Source: Obrimoposthia wandeli
Lineage: Eukaryota
Assembly: GCA_977020255.1 (NCBI GenBank)
Contig: CDROCS010004540.1
Location: 1-64,000 of the forward strand
Direction: 5' to 3'
Length of the DNA: 64,000 nucleotides
In this document: in pieces, positions 9,060-18,950 of the stretch
How the letters are laid out: the number at the start of each line of letters is the position of its first letter
Position numbering within the stretch: position 1 is the first letter of the stretch
The notes under the pieces: generated by a model
Told to the model about the DNA's origin: nothing
The model's input: only the letters and a program-made list of their open reading frames with translations
The model's database searches: none
Translations under genes and position numbers: made by a program

Positions 9060-12000
9060 TTAGACATCATCTTTCAGGCTGATCAAGTTCGTCTGATAAT
9101 ACGCCACGGGTAGAACCAGCAAGGTTAATATCACCACACTGATCATACCGCCTAACATAGGCGCAGCAATTCGACTCATGACCTCTGAACCCACTCCACT
9201 GCCGTACATCACAGGAACCAAGCCAGCGATGGTCGCAATGGCGGTCATCATCACCGGACGCACACGATTGACAGCACCATCAAGAATACTGTTTTGTAGT
9301 GCTGCTCTGGTTGTCGGATTTTCATCCTCGATGGCCTGCTTTATGTATTGCAACATAATAACCCCAGTTTCGGCGGCAACCCCCGCTAGCGCGATAAAGC
9401 CGACCCCCACGGCCACCGAAAAATTAAACTGATAGTACGACATCAATAAAATCCCACCGACTAAGCCCATTGGTAGGGTTAATAAAATCAGTGCGACATC
9501 GCGTGCATTTCTGAAATTCAAATACAGCAATAAAATAATTACGCCTAGAGTTAATGGCACGACATAGCTGAGTTTTTCTTTTGCTCGCTGCATATATTCA
9601 TATTGCCCAGCCCAGCGAATGGAATAGCCTGCGGGTACTTTTAATACCCCAAGCTCAATTTTTTCTGCCACTACTTTTTGTGCATTTTTAACATAGCTGC
9701 CGATATCAATGGCATTAGCCCCTTCTGATTCGATATCAATATAGGTCCAACCATTAATGCGCGCATTTTCACTTTTTATCATCGGCGGGCCATCTTCAAT
9801 GCGAATATTGGCAACATCTCCAAGTGTAATGTTGTGACTCGTCCCATTTTTAGAAGGCGTCACAATAGGCAAGCGAGCAAGCTGTTCAGGAGAGTCTCGA
9901 TAATGCTGCGGATAACGCAGATTAATCGGGTAACGTTTATCACCCTCGACCGATTCCGCAATATTTTTACCACCAATAGCGCTGCTGATAATTTGCTGCA
10001 CATCCTTAATACTCATTCCATATTGCGCTGCTTGTCGACGCTGTATATCAATTTTGATATAGCGCCCACCCACCACTCGCTCGGAATAAACTGATGCAGT
10101 TCCTTTTACTTCGGCAAGTACTTGCTCTAGTTGTTGGCCAATCTGTTGTATCACCGTCAGATCAAGCCCAGATACTTTAATACCTACTGGAGTTTTTATT
10201 CCCGTTGCGAGCATGTCTATGCGCGTTTTAATTGGCATAACCCAAGCATTGGTTAAGCCCGGAAACTGAATTAACTGGTCTAGCTCTTTACGTAAATCTT
10301 GGCTGGTTAATCCTTCTCGCCATTGATCTTTGGGCTTTAATTTAATAAAGGTTTCGATCATGGTTAAAGGGGCAGGATCGGTGGCGCTATCGGCGCGCCC
10401 AATTTTACCAAACACATGTTCAACCTCTGGTACGGTAGCAATCAATTTGTCGGTTTGCTGTAAAATTTCACGCGCTTTCCCGACAGATAATCCAGCATAA
10501 GTAGTGGGCATATACATGAGATCGCCTTCGTCTAAATCGGGCATAAATTCACTGCCGATTTTACTCGCGGGATACAAGCTTAAAAGCACAATAGTTAAGG
10601 CAAATAGTAATGTCGTTTTAGGAAACTTTAATAACCCCGACAATAGTGGCTGGTAGATCGCAATTAACATTCTATTCAGCGGGTTTTTCTTTTCACTAAT
10701 GACCTTACCGCGAATAAAATACCCCATCAAAACCGGCACCAAGGTAATGGCTAAAATAGCCGCAGCGGCCATGGCATAGGTTTTGGTAAACGCTAACGGT
10801 GAAAAAAGTTTTCCTTCTTGTGCTTCTAAAGTGAATACGGGTAAAAAGCTCACGGTGATAATCAGCAGACTAAAAAATAATGACGGCCCGACTTCGCTGG
10901 CTGCTTTAGCAACGACTTGCCAGCGGTTTTTATTAGTAAGCGCCTCTTTGGTATGAAGCAGAGCCCGCTCCATGTGTTTGTGCATATTTTCTATCATAAC
11001 AATGGCACCATCAACCATGGCACCAATCGCAATCGCAATACCCGCAAGGGACATAATATTCGCGTTAAGCCCTTGTAAATACATGATGATAAATGCAATT
11101 AAAATCCCAATGGGTAAACTAATAATCGCAACCAACGCAGAGCGTACGTGGAATAAAAATAGGATGCAGGCCAGAGCGACCATGATGAGTTCTGCGGCCA
11201 ATTTTTCCCAAAGATTTTCGATCGCAGCGGTGATCAAATCAGAACGATCATAAACGGTTACCAGCTCAACGCCTTCGGGTAATCCTGCTTTTAATTGTTG
11301 TAATTTTTCTTTTACACCCTCAATTGTTTTTTGCGCATTTTCACCTGAGCGCATCACGACAATGCCCCCTACCACTTCACCCTCGCCATCAAGCTCGCTA
11401 ATGCCACGACGCATTTGTGGGCCTTCGACAATAGTGGCAACATCGGTTAAAAATAAGGGCTGACCATTAACAACCATGCCCAGCGGAATATTTTCTAAAT
11501 CTTCGCGGCTAGAGATATAACCCGTGGCGCGAATCATATATTCCGCTTCTGCCATCTCGATAACCGAAGCACCAACTTCTTGGTTACCTTGTTGTATCGC
11601 AGTTTCTAATAATGATAATGGAATGCCATAGGCGCGTAACTTATGCGGATCTGCTTGAACCTGATATTGCTTTACCATACCGCCAACCGCAGCAACTTCT
11701 GAAACACCCGCCACAGTTTGCAATTCGTATTTTAAAAACCAGTCTTGCAATGAACGTAATTCAGCTAAATCCAAATTGCCACTGGTATCGGTTAAGGCAT
11801 AAATAAATACCCAACCAACACCGGTCGCATCTGGGCCTAATTGCGGCTTTGCACCGTTGGGTAAGCTATCGGTTATCTGACTTAAGTATTCTAAAACGCG
11901 ACTGCGCGCCCAATATAAATCGGTATCATCATCAAAAATTATGTACACATACGAATCACCAAAAAACGAATAACCCCGTACCGTTTTGGCTCCGGGCACA

Positions 12001-12224
12001 GACAACATAGCGGTTGTCAGTGGATAAGTAACTTGGTCTTGCACAACTTGCGGAGCTTGCCCAGGATAGGAGGTTTTAATAATAACTTGCACGTCTGATA
12101 AATCAGGAATGGCATCGACGGCGGTATTTCTTATGGCAAAGCTACCCGCAAGAACAATAAGCGCCGTTATTAATAATACCCAAGCGCGATTGAGGATAGA
12201 CCAATGGATTATCTTAGTGATCAT
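9060..12224 (-). CDS. cusA: Cu(I)/Ag(I) heavy-metal RND efflux permease
   Basis: DAIPDLSDVQVII, DGAIVMIEN, RVRPVMMT, and the Met triad contexts LMYMP / PLTMIET / RIDMLAT. Likely start MITKIIHW at 12224; the ORF track gives 12248. Confidence 0.93.
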   Translation of the reverse strand: MITKIIHWSILNRAWVLLITALIVLAGSFAIRNTAVDAIPDLSDVQVIIKTSYPGQAPQVVQDQVTYPLTTAMLSVPGAKTVRGYSFFGDSYVYIIFDDDTDLYWARSRVLEYLSQITDSLPNGAKPQLGPDATGVGWVFIYALTDTSGNLDLAELRSLQDWFLKYELQTVAGVSEVAAVGGMVKQYQVQADPHKLRAYGIPLSLLETAIQQGNQEVGASVIEMAEAEYMIRATGYISSREDLENIPLGMVVNGQPLFLTDVATIVEGPQMRRGISELDGEGEVVGGIVVMRSGENAQKTIEGVKEKLQQLKAGLPEGVELVTVYDRSDLITAAIENLWEKLAAELIMVALACILFLFHVRSALVAIISLPIGILIAFIIMYLQGLNANIMSLAGIAIAIGAMVDGAIVMIENMHKHMERALLHTKEALTNKNRWQVVAKAASEVGPSLFFSLLIITVSFLPVFTLEAQEGKLFSPLAFTKTYAMAAAAILAITLVPVLMGYFIRGKVISEKKNPLNRMLIAIYQPLLSGLLKFPKTTLLFALTIVLLSLYPASKIGSEFMPDLDEGDLMYMPTTYAGLSVGKAREILQQTDKLIATVPEVEHVFGKIGRADSATDPAPLTMIETFIKLKPKDQWREGLTSQDLRKELDQLIQFPGLTNAWVMPIKTRIDMLATGIKTPVGIKVSGLDLTVIQQIGQQLEQVLAEVKGTASVYSERVVGGRYIKIDIQRRQAAQYGMSIKDVQQIISSAIGGKNIAESVEGDKRYPINLRYPQHYRDSPEQLARLPIVTPSKNGTSHNITLGDVANIRIEDGPPMIKSENARINGWTYIDIESEGANAIDIGSYVKNAQKVVAEKIELGVLKVPAGYSIRWAGQYEYMQRAKEKLSYVVPLTLGVIILLLYLNFRNARDVALILLTLPMGLVGGILLMSYYQFNFSVAVGVGFIALAGVAAETGVIMLQYIKQAIEDENPTTRAALQNSILDGAVNRVRPVMMTAIATIAGLVPVMYGSGVGSEVMSRIAAPMLGGMISVVILTLLVLPVAYYQTNLISLKDDV

Positions 12225-13485
12225 GATGACTCTCCATTTCTGCTGCATTCATCATAGGAGCATCCATTCGTTGTAAGTCAGAGTCGATGTTAGATTCAGA
12301 ATCGATTAAGAATTGCGCACTGGTAACAATACGATCTCCGGCGTGTAAGCCTTGCAGAACTTCTACTTTTTGATTAAAGAATCGACCGATTTTAACCGAC
12401 ACTGACTTGAAGCGCCCTTCGCCTAATGCCATCACAACCCGAGTATCATTTTCGGTACGGATAAGTGCTTGGCTAGGAATTAATAATGCTTTTTCTGTCG
12501 CCGTAATCGTTCCTTTCAAGTTAAGCCACATATTGGGTTTTAATAATTGATCGTTATTATCCACTAATAATCGCACACGAATGGTACGCAGTTTTTCATT
12601 CATCATAGGGTAAATGTAATCAAGCTTGCCTTGCCAAATTTTAGTTGGCACCAACTGAGAGGTAAGCGTCCATTCTATTTGCCCGGGAAATTGACTTAAC
12701 CAAGCCGCATGCTGATGGTCCAATTCAACATCGACGGTAAGCTGACTAAGGTCCGCAATGGCTAATAAGGTATTTTCAGGTTTTACGTACATACCTTCGT
12801 TGATATTGAGTTGTTCAATATAACCATCTTGCGGAGCATAGAAGGTAGTGATTTGGCTGGCTGTTTTTGTTCGCTTGAGTTTGGCGATAACTTTATTATC
12901 GACCCGTAAGGCTTGTAAGCGATTTTTTGCCGCACGCATTAAGCTTTCGTTTTTGGAATTCAGCGCACGTAAATAATCTTCTTGGGCATCAATAAATTCT
13001 AATGAATAGATGCCGTATAACGCTTGCCCTTTTTTCACTCTTTGGCCCATATCACTGATATGAAGCTTTTCTACCCAACCACTGGTGCGCGCATGTAGAT
13101 GCACGAGGCTTTCTTTAGCGTAATTAACTTGGCCGCTACTGATGAAATTTAACGTCGGTAATGTCCACTCGACCTCCGCCGACCTTACCCCAAGATTGTT
13201 TCCCACCGCGGCTGAAATTTGAACAACCCCTTTTTCGGTGGCTCCACTTTCCTTAGCATACACAGGGACTAGATCCATTCCCATCGGCGATTTGCCGGGC
13301 TGATCTCGGCGGAAATTAGCATCCATAGGAGCGACCCAATAAAGAATACTAGGTTCCTGAGAGAGCGACTCTTGCGAAAGAAGGTCCCCCGAACTCGATT
13401 GTTTATCAAATAGAAAGGTCTGACTAAAAATAAACGCCAGTACAGCAATCGCACCACCAAGGCACATAAATACAAAATTTTTCAT
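12214..13485 (-). CDS. cusB: RND periplasmic adaptor with N-terminal heavy-metal-binding motif
   Basis: YWVAPMD...PGKSPMGMDLVP motif, lipoyl/beta-barrel segments, AQFLIDSES. Overlaps cusA. Confidence 0.9.
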   Translation of the reverse strand: MKNFVFMCLGGAIAVLAFIFSQTFLFDKQSSSGDLLSQESLSQEPSILYWVAPMDANFRRDQPGKSPMGMDLVPVYAKESGATEKGVVQISAAVGNNLGVRSAEVEWTLPTLNFISSGQVNYAKESLVHLHARTSGWVEKLHISDMGQRVKKGQALYGIYSLEFIDAQEDYLRALNSKNESLMRAAKNRLQALRVDNKVIAKLKRTKTASQITTFYAPQDGYIEQLNINEGMYVKPENTLLAIADLSQLTVDVELDHQHAAWLSQFPGQIEWTLTSQLVPTKIWQGKLDYIYPMMNEKLRTIRVRLLVDNNDQLLKPNMWLNLKGTITATEKALLIPSQALIRTENDTRVVMALGEGRFKSVSVKIGRFFNQKVEVLQGLHAGDRIVTSAQFLIDSESNIDSDLQRMDAPMMNAAEMESHHDH

Positions 13486-13582
13486 GAGGTTTACTCAGCA
13501 CATTATAAAAAGATATGATAAAAAAACACGACAAATAAAAGCCAGACACTCTCATGCCAAGCGAAATCAATCTAAGGGGATT

Positions 13583-14032
13583 TTAAGCGATAGGAGGTCG
13601 AAAAAGAGCCGAATCGATTTGGTTGGGGAAACCAATCGTTGAATAATAGTCTAGCTGTTCACCAATAGTCAGTGAGCCGCACGGAAAGCTAGTAATAAAG
13701 ATTAACGAAGCAGCACAACCGCTATCAGAGCAGGAACAATCATGTGAAGTCACTGTTAGACCATCACCCACAGAATCCGCTTGATCACAGCAGCTCATCG
13801 TGCCAGCGTTAGTCGCTGTTTCAATCATAAGCTGAGCATTATCGCTCGATTCAGACATCATCTGGTGACACGGTGACGGGTCCATTTCATTCGCGGGTAT
13901 CATACAAACCATAGGGATCGCAAAAGCCTGACCCATGTAGGTCAAACAAAAAGATACCAGCAAGGTAAGCGCTAAACGCTTTTTCCTAGAACTAGGATTA
14001 CTTGTTAATGAATTGCGAATAAATGATTTCAT
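13583..14032 (-). CDS. Exported Cys/Met/His-rich putative metal-binding protein (DUF2946/CopL-like)
   Basis: N-terminal hydrophobic segment; CH.MM, SCCD, HDCSCSD.GC; C-terminal FRPPI. Lies upstream of cusB. Confidence 0.55.
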   Translation of the reverse strand: MKSFIRNSLTSNPSSRKKRLALTLLVSFCLTYMGQAFAIPMVCMIPANEMDPSPCHQMMSESSDNAQLMIETATNAGTMSCCDQADSVGDGLTVTSHDCSCSDSGCAASLIFITSFPCGSLTIGEQLDYYSTIGFPNQIDSALFRPPIA

Positions 14033-14090
14033 GACCTTTAGGATACTCTAGTAAAGCAAAAGTTCAATCCATCAAATCAGGTTTCCTACT

Positions 14091-14150
14091 CCTGACTTGA
14101 TTTCACTTAACCTGACTTAACCTCGCGTCACCTCATCCAACCCAGCTTAA
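14091..14150. repeat. Six degenerate 10-bp units (consensus CCTGACTTAA)
   Basis: cctgacttga tttcacttaa cctgacttaa cctcgcgtca cctcatccaa cccagcttaa. Confidence 0.55.
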
Positions 14151-14176
14151 TGCCAAGTACACACGGAACAAAAACG

Positions 14177-15397
14177 CTAAAAGCTTTCATGTGGACCAAA
14201 CACTTCATAATGAATACGATCGTTATTCACTCCCAGCGTGACCAATTGCTGTTTTGCAAACTGCATAAAACCCACTGGGCCACAGAGGTAAAAATCAGCC
14301 AATGCTAAAGGTAATTGCTCTTCAACCGCAGCAATATCCATATAACCATGATGAATACCCGCCTGATCAATAGTTTCAGAGTTATACCAAGTCAGTGCAT
14401 TCACCTTATTATTCTGAACGAGGCCCGCTAGACGTTTTTTAAATGAATGCTGGGCGGGGTTTTCACACGCGTGTAAAAAATGTATTGCTGGCTTACGCTC
14501 TTTTTCCTGAGAATCTTTTTCCTGAAGATCTTGAGCAGCAATTAATGTTTCTAACATCGCCTGCATCGGTGTTAAGCCAACCCCTGCTGAAATTAATACA
14601 ACGGGTGCATCGACCTTGTTCAAAAAGAAATCACCCGCCGGAGCATGCAAGGTCACTTCATCACCCAAGCGCAAACCATCGTGTAAATAATTTGAAACAA
14701 TACCGGGCTTACCGACTATTTCTCGCTTTACAGAAATACGATAGCTTTCACCATTCGCTTTATCTGATAATGAATATTGGCGAATCTCTTTAAATTCACT
14801 GTGCTTAGGCTGCACCTCAATACCGATATATTGACCTGCCTGATAATCAATAACAGGGCCGCCATCAACAGGTTCGAAGATCAAACTTTTAACCAGCTCA
14901 GATTCAATGCGTTTCTCAACTAGACTAAATTTTCGACCACCTTTCCAACCACCCGTCAGCTCTTCACGCTGTTGATAAAGCTCACCCTCACGACCAATAA
15001 AAATAGATGCTAACGTCTGATACGCGACAGTCCAAGCAGCTTCAATCTCTGCGGTAAATTGTTCCGGGGCTAATTCACGTAAGGTTTCGATTAAATGATG
15101 ACCTACAATGTCATAGTGTTCTGGCTGAATATTAAGACTGGTATGCTTTTGCGCTATACGCTCAACCATGGTTAATAACTGTTCAACGTCATCTAGATTT
15201 TTAGCATAAGCCGCGATCGCAGAAAATAATGCAAATGATTGTTTACCTGATGCTTGATTGCTCATATTAAAAATATGCTGTAGTTCAGGGTTATGGCTAA
15301 ACATGCGCTTATAAAAATGTTCGGTAATCGCAGGGCCAGCAGATTCTAATAATGGAATAGTACTTTTTACTAACTGAATGTGTTCATTGCTTAACAT
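14177..15397 (-). CDS. hmp: Flavohemoglobin (nitric oxide dioxygenase)
   Basis: Globin (FYKRMF..PEL..IFN, IAQKH..L.I.PEHY), RQYSLSD, SAGVGLTP, YLCGP and EVFGP. Likely start MLSNEHI at 15397; the ORF track extends to 15496. Confidence 0.95.
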   Translation of the reverse strand: MLSNEHIQLVKSTIPLLESAGPAITEHFYKRMFSHNPELQHIFNMSNQASGKQSFALFSAIAAYAKNLDDVEQLLTMVERIAQKHTSLNIQPEHYDIVGHHLIETLRELAPEQFTAEIEAAWTVAYQTLASIFIGREGELYQQREELTGGWKGGRKFSLVEKRIESELVKSLIFEPVDGGPVIDYQAGQYIGIEVQPKHSEFKEIRQYSLSDKANGESYRISVKREIVGKPGIVSNYLHDGLRLGDEVTLHAPAGDFFLNKVDAPVVLISAGVGLTPMQAMLETLIAAQDLQEKDSQEKERKPAIHFLHACENPAQHSFKKRLAGLVQNNKVNALTWYNSETIDQAGIHHGYMDIAAVEEQLPLALADFYLCGPVGFMQFAKQQLVTLGVNNDRIHYEVFGPHESF

Positions 15398-15545
15398 CGT
15401 TTCTTTCTCTTCCTGTGGTCTGTCTGAATATTGAGTATTCATTAAGTTTTTTATTAGCTTCTTTGAGCTATTTTTTGTGGGGATTTCTATGGGCATCCCT
15501 ATTCGGTTTTTATTGTGGTGTTATTGCATTTGTTATTAGCGATAA

Positions 15546-16727
15546 TTATTTTCGAACACGGGTTAATACCGGAATAAAAATTATTAAGAAGATGGAATAG
15601 GCCGCTATCCATAACAGAGCCGAACTATTCCATGCCCATAACGGCTGATCTAGCATCGCTAGCACGACTCGAAGAATGACAGCGATAAAAATGAATAAAA
15701 ACGCCAGCAGCATCCAACCATTCACACGCATAGGTCTACCGGTATGTCCTAAGGAGACTCGACTAATCATAGCCAAAATCATGCCACCAAATACGCCCAC
15801 CGTTATAAGGTGGAAGGCATCAGCAATACGCACTGATTCCGTAAAAAGGCTCACGGCAATTAAAATCAAACCCGCACCAAGGCATAAGTACGAGGCATGC
15901 AACGACCAAAGCAGAGGATTGTCCAGTGTATAAATGCTCCCCCACTGGCTTAACCTTGCAAGATGCAATACGCCGACAATCAATAATAGCCAAGCAGGGC
16001 TGAATGGAATTGGAAACAATCCACTCAACAAAAAATTGAAACTGCCTAAGACAGAAAATATCAAAATTATTTTATCTAACTTAATACTCGCCTTAACGGA
16101 TTCTTTAAAATCTGCCGCTAGAGCGTTACGTGTGAAAAAAGGAATTACCCTACCCGAGAGTAAACCGACGATAATTGAAAAAACCAATATTGCACTGCGA
16201 GCAAGGTGCATCAGTAATTCAAAAGAACCTTGGCTGTAATATAAAAAGCTCACTTGCAAGATCATCAAAACGATTAGCAAAGGTAGGAAAATATAATTCT
16301 TGCTACTGCCCGATTTAATAATCAAACGCGAAAAAGCAACTAAAACAATGCCCCACCAAATAACCTGTAACGCAATTACCGCATCCAGCAACCAAGGATA
16401 GATACTCTGATCCTGTAAGAGCAAAAAGCGAATGGCGATCCAAATAAGACTTAAGCCAACCAATGAATAACCCTGCAAACTTTTTAAACCCGTCCAGGTT
16501 TGCACCGCCGTTAATAAAAAACCAATGGCTATCATTAAAGTAAAGCCAAAAAACATTTCATGAATATGCCAAAGCACGGGAGGTAAAATCTGCTGCTGAT
16601 TTAATAGCTCGCCACTATTAAGAAATACCAACCAGATGATAAGGCTGATAACTGAAGATAAACTGCCTAGAATAAAAAAAGGACGAAACGCTAAACTCCA
16701 CAAAGGGGATAATTCAATCTTTTTCAT
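15546..16727 (-). CDS. nnrS: NnrS family membrane protein
   Basis: LAFRPFF, WHIHEMFFGF, GFLLTAVQTWTG, GRVIPFFT, RVSLGHTGR. Confidence 0.95.
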   Translation of the reverse strand: MKKIELSPLWSLAFRPFFILGSLSSVISLIIWLVFLNSGELLNQQQILPPVLWHIHEMFFGFTLMIAIGFLLTAVQTWTGLKSLQGYSLVGLSLIWIAIRFLLLQDQSIYPWLLDAVIALQVIWWGIVLVAFSRLIIKSGSSKNYIFLPLLIVLMILQVSFLYYSQGSFELLMHLARSAILVFSIIVGLLSGRVIPFFTRNALAADFKESVKASIKLDKIILIFSVLGSFNFLLSGLFPIPFSPAWLLLIVGVLHLARLSQWGSIYTLDNPLLWSLHASYLCLGAGLILIAVSLFTESVRIADAFHLITVGVFGGMILAMISRVSLGHTGRPMRVNGWMLLAFLFIFIAVILRVVLAMLDQPLWAWNSSALLWIAAYSIFLIIFIPVLTRVRK

Positions 16728-16993
16728 AACGTCTCACCAAAACCTTTCAAAGCGATGCAGCGCATGATGTAGCCAAACTTAATTGAAGTGGCAAATAGTA
16801 AAGTCGAGATATGCGCCGCAACCTGAGCCATCAAACTAAAGTGATCTGCAAAAACGTAACTCACCTCTATCGATAGCACCGTCCCTGTTAGGCCTAATAA
16901 CATAAGCCAGTTACCCGCCAATAAAAGCCACTGAAAACGTTCGGCATTTGGAATAGCGGGGAGGTATTCTGAAAACTGAAAGTGTGAGTACAT
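16724..16993 (-). CDS. Small 2-TM hypothetical protein
   Basis: 89 aa with two hydrophobic segments. Overlaps the nnrS start by 4 nt. First ORF after the sigma54 promoter. Confidence 0.65.
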   Translation of the reverse strand: MYSHFQFSEYLPAIPNAERFQWLLLAGNWLMLLGLTGTVLSIEVSYVFADHFSLMAQVAAHISTLLFATSIKFGYIMRCIALKGFGETL

Positions 16994-17034
16994 AACAAGC
17001 CAACCTAGATTTAATTCATTCTTAATCTAGCTAT

Positions 17035-17050
17035 TGCGAAGAGCGTGCCA
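17035..17050 (-). promoter_or_regulatory. Sigma54 (-24/-12) promoter for orf-nnrS-hmp
   Basis: Minus strand TGGCACGCTCTTCGCA = GG-N10-GC, facing away from norR. Confidence 0.8.
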
Positions 17051-17098
17051 ACTGCAATTATCATTATATTTCAGGGGTTTGGGAGAGAAGACAACAAA

Positions 17099-17147
17099 AA
17101 TCGAGTCATTATGACTCACACATAATAAGAGTCATAATGACTCGATT
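17099..17147. promoter_or_regulatory. Two NorR binding sites (GT-N7-AC)
   Basis: GTCATTATGAC at 17105-17115 and GTCATAATGAC at 17131-17141, inside a perfect 19-bp inverted repeat. Confidence 0.85.
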
Positions 17148-17201
17148 GTGCTATATTGATCACATCGAATTTATTTTTATCTAACATTTAATTGGACAGT
17201 T

Positions 17202-18842
17202 ATGGCCAACATCCCTTACTCCTCGCTTATCGAGCTGGCCATTGACTTGAGCAGCGGCTTAATCAATAAAGACCGATTCGAACGTCTATTAACCACGGTA
17301 CGTAAAACGGTAGAGTGTGATGCGGTAGTCTTACTTGCGCGACAGGGAGAGCGTCTTAAACCACTCGCACTGCAAGGCTTAAGCCCAGATACCTTGGGCC
17401 GACGTTTTGAGATTGATCAACACCCTCGCTTTCAACAGATTTGCAGCAGTCAAATTCCGGTACGTTTTGAAAGTGATAGCAAACTGCCCGACCCTTACGA
17501 TGGTTTATTATTAGCCATGGAAGGAGATTTGCCCGTTCACTCCTGCATGGGCTTCCCTTTATTATTCGAAGGCTCTTTGATTGGGCTGTTAACTCTTGAT
17601 AGCCTAACTCCTAATAGCTTCGATGATATTCCCCAGCGTACCTTAGATATTATTTCTGCGATGTCAGCTGCGACACTGAAAACAGCACTCACTTTAGATT
17701 TGTTAGAACAGCATGCTACTCATAGCCAACAACTGGTTGCTGAGCTAACGCATGAAGCCTTAATCAAAGATGGTGGTGAAATCATTGGTAATAGCTCGGC
17801 AATGAACAAATTAAAGAAGGAAGTTCAAATTGTCGCGCAATCAGATTTCACCGCATTAATTTCCGGTGAGACAGGAGTCGGTAAAGAATTGGTTGCTCGA
17901 ACACTGCACCAACAATCAAGCCGCAATGAAGGGCCACTGGTTTACGTTAACTGCGCAGCGCTGCCAGAAAATCTAATTGAAAGTGAACTGTTTGGTCATC
18001 GCAAAGGGGCATTTACTGGCGCTAATGAAAACCGCTCAGGAAAATTTACCATCGCCGATGGCGGCACTTTATTTCTAGATGAAATTGGTGAAATTCCTCT
18101 CGCCGTGCAAAGTAAATTATTACGCGCACTGCAAAGCCAAGAGATTCAGGCTGTAGGGCAAGATAAAACCCATACCGTCGATGTCCGTATTATCGCCGCC
18201 ACTAATCGTAATTTAGCCAAAGAAGTTGAAGCAGGAAATTTTCGCCCCGATTTATTTCACCGCTTAACAGCCTACCCCATTCATGTTCCCGCACTGAGAG
18301 ATAGAGATAATGATATTGCTTTATTGGCAGGTTATTTCATCGAAAAAATTCGCAGAAGACTGGGTATTCAACAAATCAAATTTGCCCCAGGTGTTACCTC
18401 ATATTTAACACAATATGATTGGCCAGGTAATGTACGAGAACTTGAGCATACGATTAATCGTGCAGCGTTAAAAGCTAATAGTAGCCAAGCCAAAAACGAT
18501 CCAGAAGGAAAAAATATTGTCACCCTAGAGCTATTGCATATTGGCGAACTGGTCAGTACTTCTGATAATTCTGCTGACAGCAATCTCGACACAGACAGGA
18601 CATTAGCTGAAACATCGATAATGCAACTCGATACTGAAAATTCAGGCTTAAGCGCTTCAGCTTTTGAGGTAGGAATAAAATCTGCAACAGAAGACTTTCA
18701 ACGCCAAATTATTACAACAGCACTCAATCAGCATCAAGGTAACTGGTCTGCGGCCGCACGCCAACTCAAAACAGACAGAGCCAACTTAAGCCGCATGGCA
18801 AAACGTTTGGGAATTAATATAATCAAAACAATACAGCAATAA
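17202..18842 (+). CDS. norR: NO-responsive sigma54-dependent activator (GAF-AAA-HTH)
   Basis: GAF iron-ligand contexts GRRF, LPDPYDG, HSCMG and LTLD; GETGVGKE; ESELFGH.KGAFTGA; C-terminal HTH. Divergent from nnrS/hmp. Confidence 0.95.
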   Translation: MANIPYSSLIELAIDLSSGLINKDRFERLLTTVRKTVECDAVVLLARQGERLKPLALQGLSPDTLGRRFEIDQHPRFQQICSSQIPVRFESDSKLPDPYDGLLLAMEGDLPVHSCMGFPLLFEGSLIGLLTLDSLTPNSFDDIPQRTLDIISAMSAATLKTALTLDLLEQHATHSQQLVAELTHEALIKDGGEIIGNSSAMNKLKKEVQIVAQSDFTALISGETGVGKELVARTLHQQSSRNEGPLVYVNCAALPENLIESELFGHRKGAFTGANENRSGKFTIADGGTLFLDEIGEIPLAVQSKLLRALQSQEIQAVGQDKTHTVDVRIIAATNRNLAKEVEAGNFRPDLFHRLTAYPIHVPALRDRDNDIALLAGYFIEKIRRRLGIQQIKFAPGVTSYLTQYDWPGNVRELEHTINRAALKANSSQAKNDPEGKNIVTLELLHIGELVSTSDNSADSNLDTDRTLAETSIMQLDTENSGLSASAFEVGIKSATEDFQRQIITTALNQHQGNWSAAARQLKTDRANLSRMAKRLGINIIKTIQQ

Positions 18843-18856
18843 TTTTTCAACCGCCG

Positions 18857-18884
18857 TAGACTCTAACCGCATGATCAGAGTCTA
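18857..18884. terminator. Hairpin between convergent norR and the zinc-ribbon gene
   Basis: TAGACTCT-N12-AGAGTCTA followed by tttt. Confidence 0.4.
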
Positions 18885-18950
18885 TTTTACTAAGCTGTGA
18901 TTATTGCAATTTTTCATGCTAACAAAGTATAGATACTGATCCGTTGAAGG

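Noticed and set aside
12225-12248. 8-aa extension of CusA
   Set aside because: Lies inside the cusB 3' end. The ATG at 12224 matches typical CusA starts.
15398-15496. 33-aa N-terminal extension of Hmp in the ORF track
   Set aside because: Low-complexity AT-rich intergenic sequence. The globin homology starts at MLSNEHI (15397).
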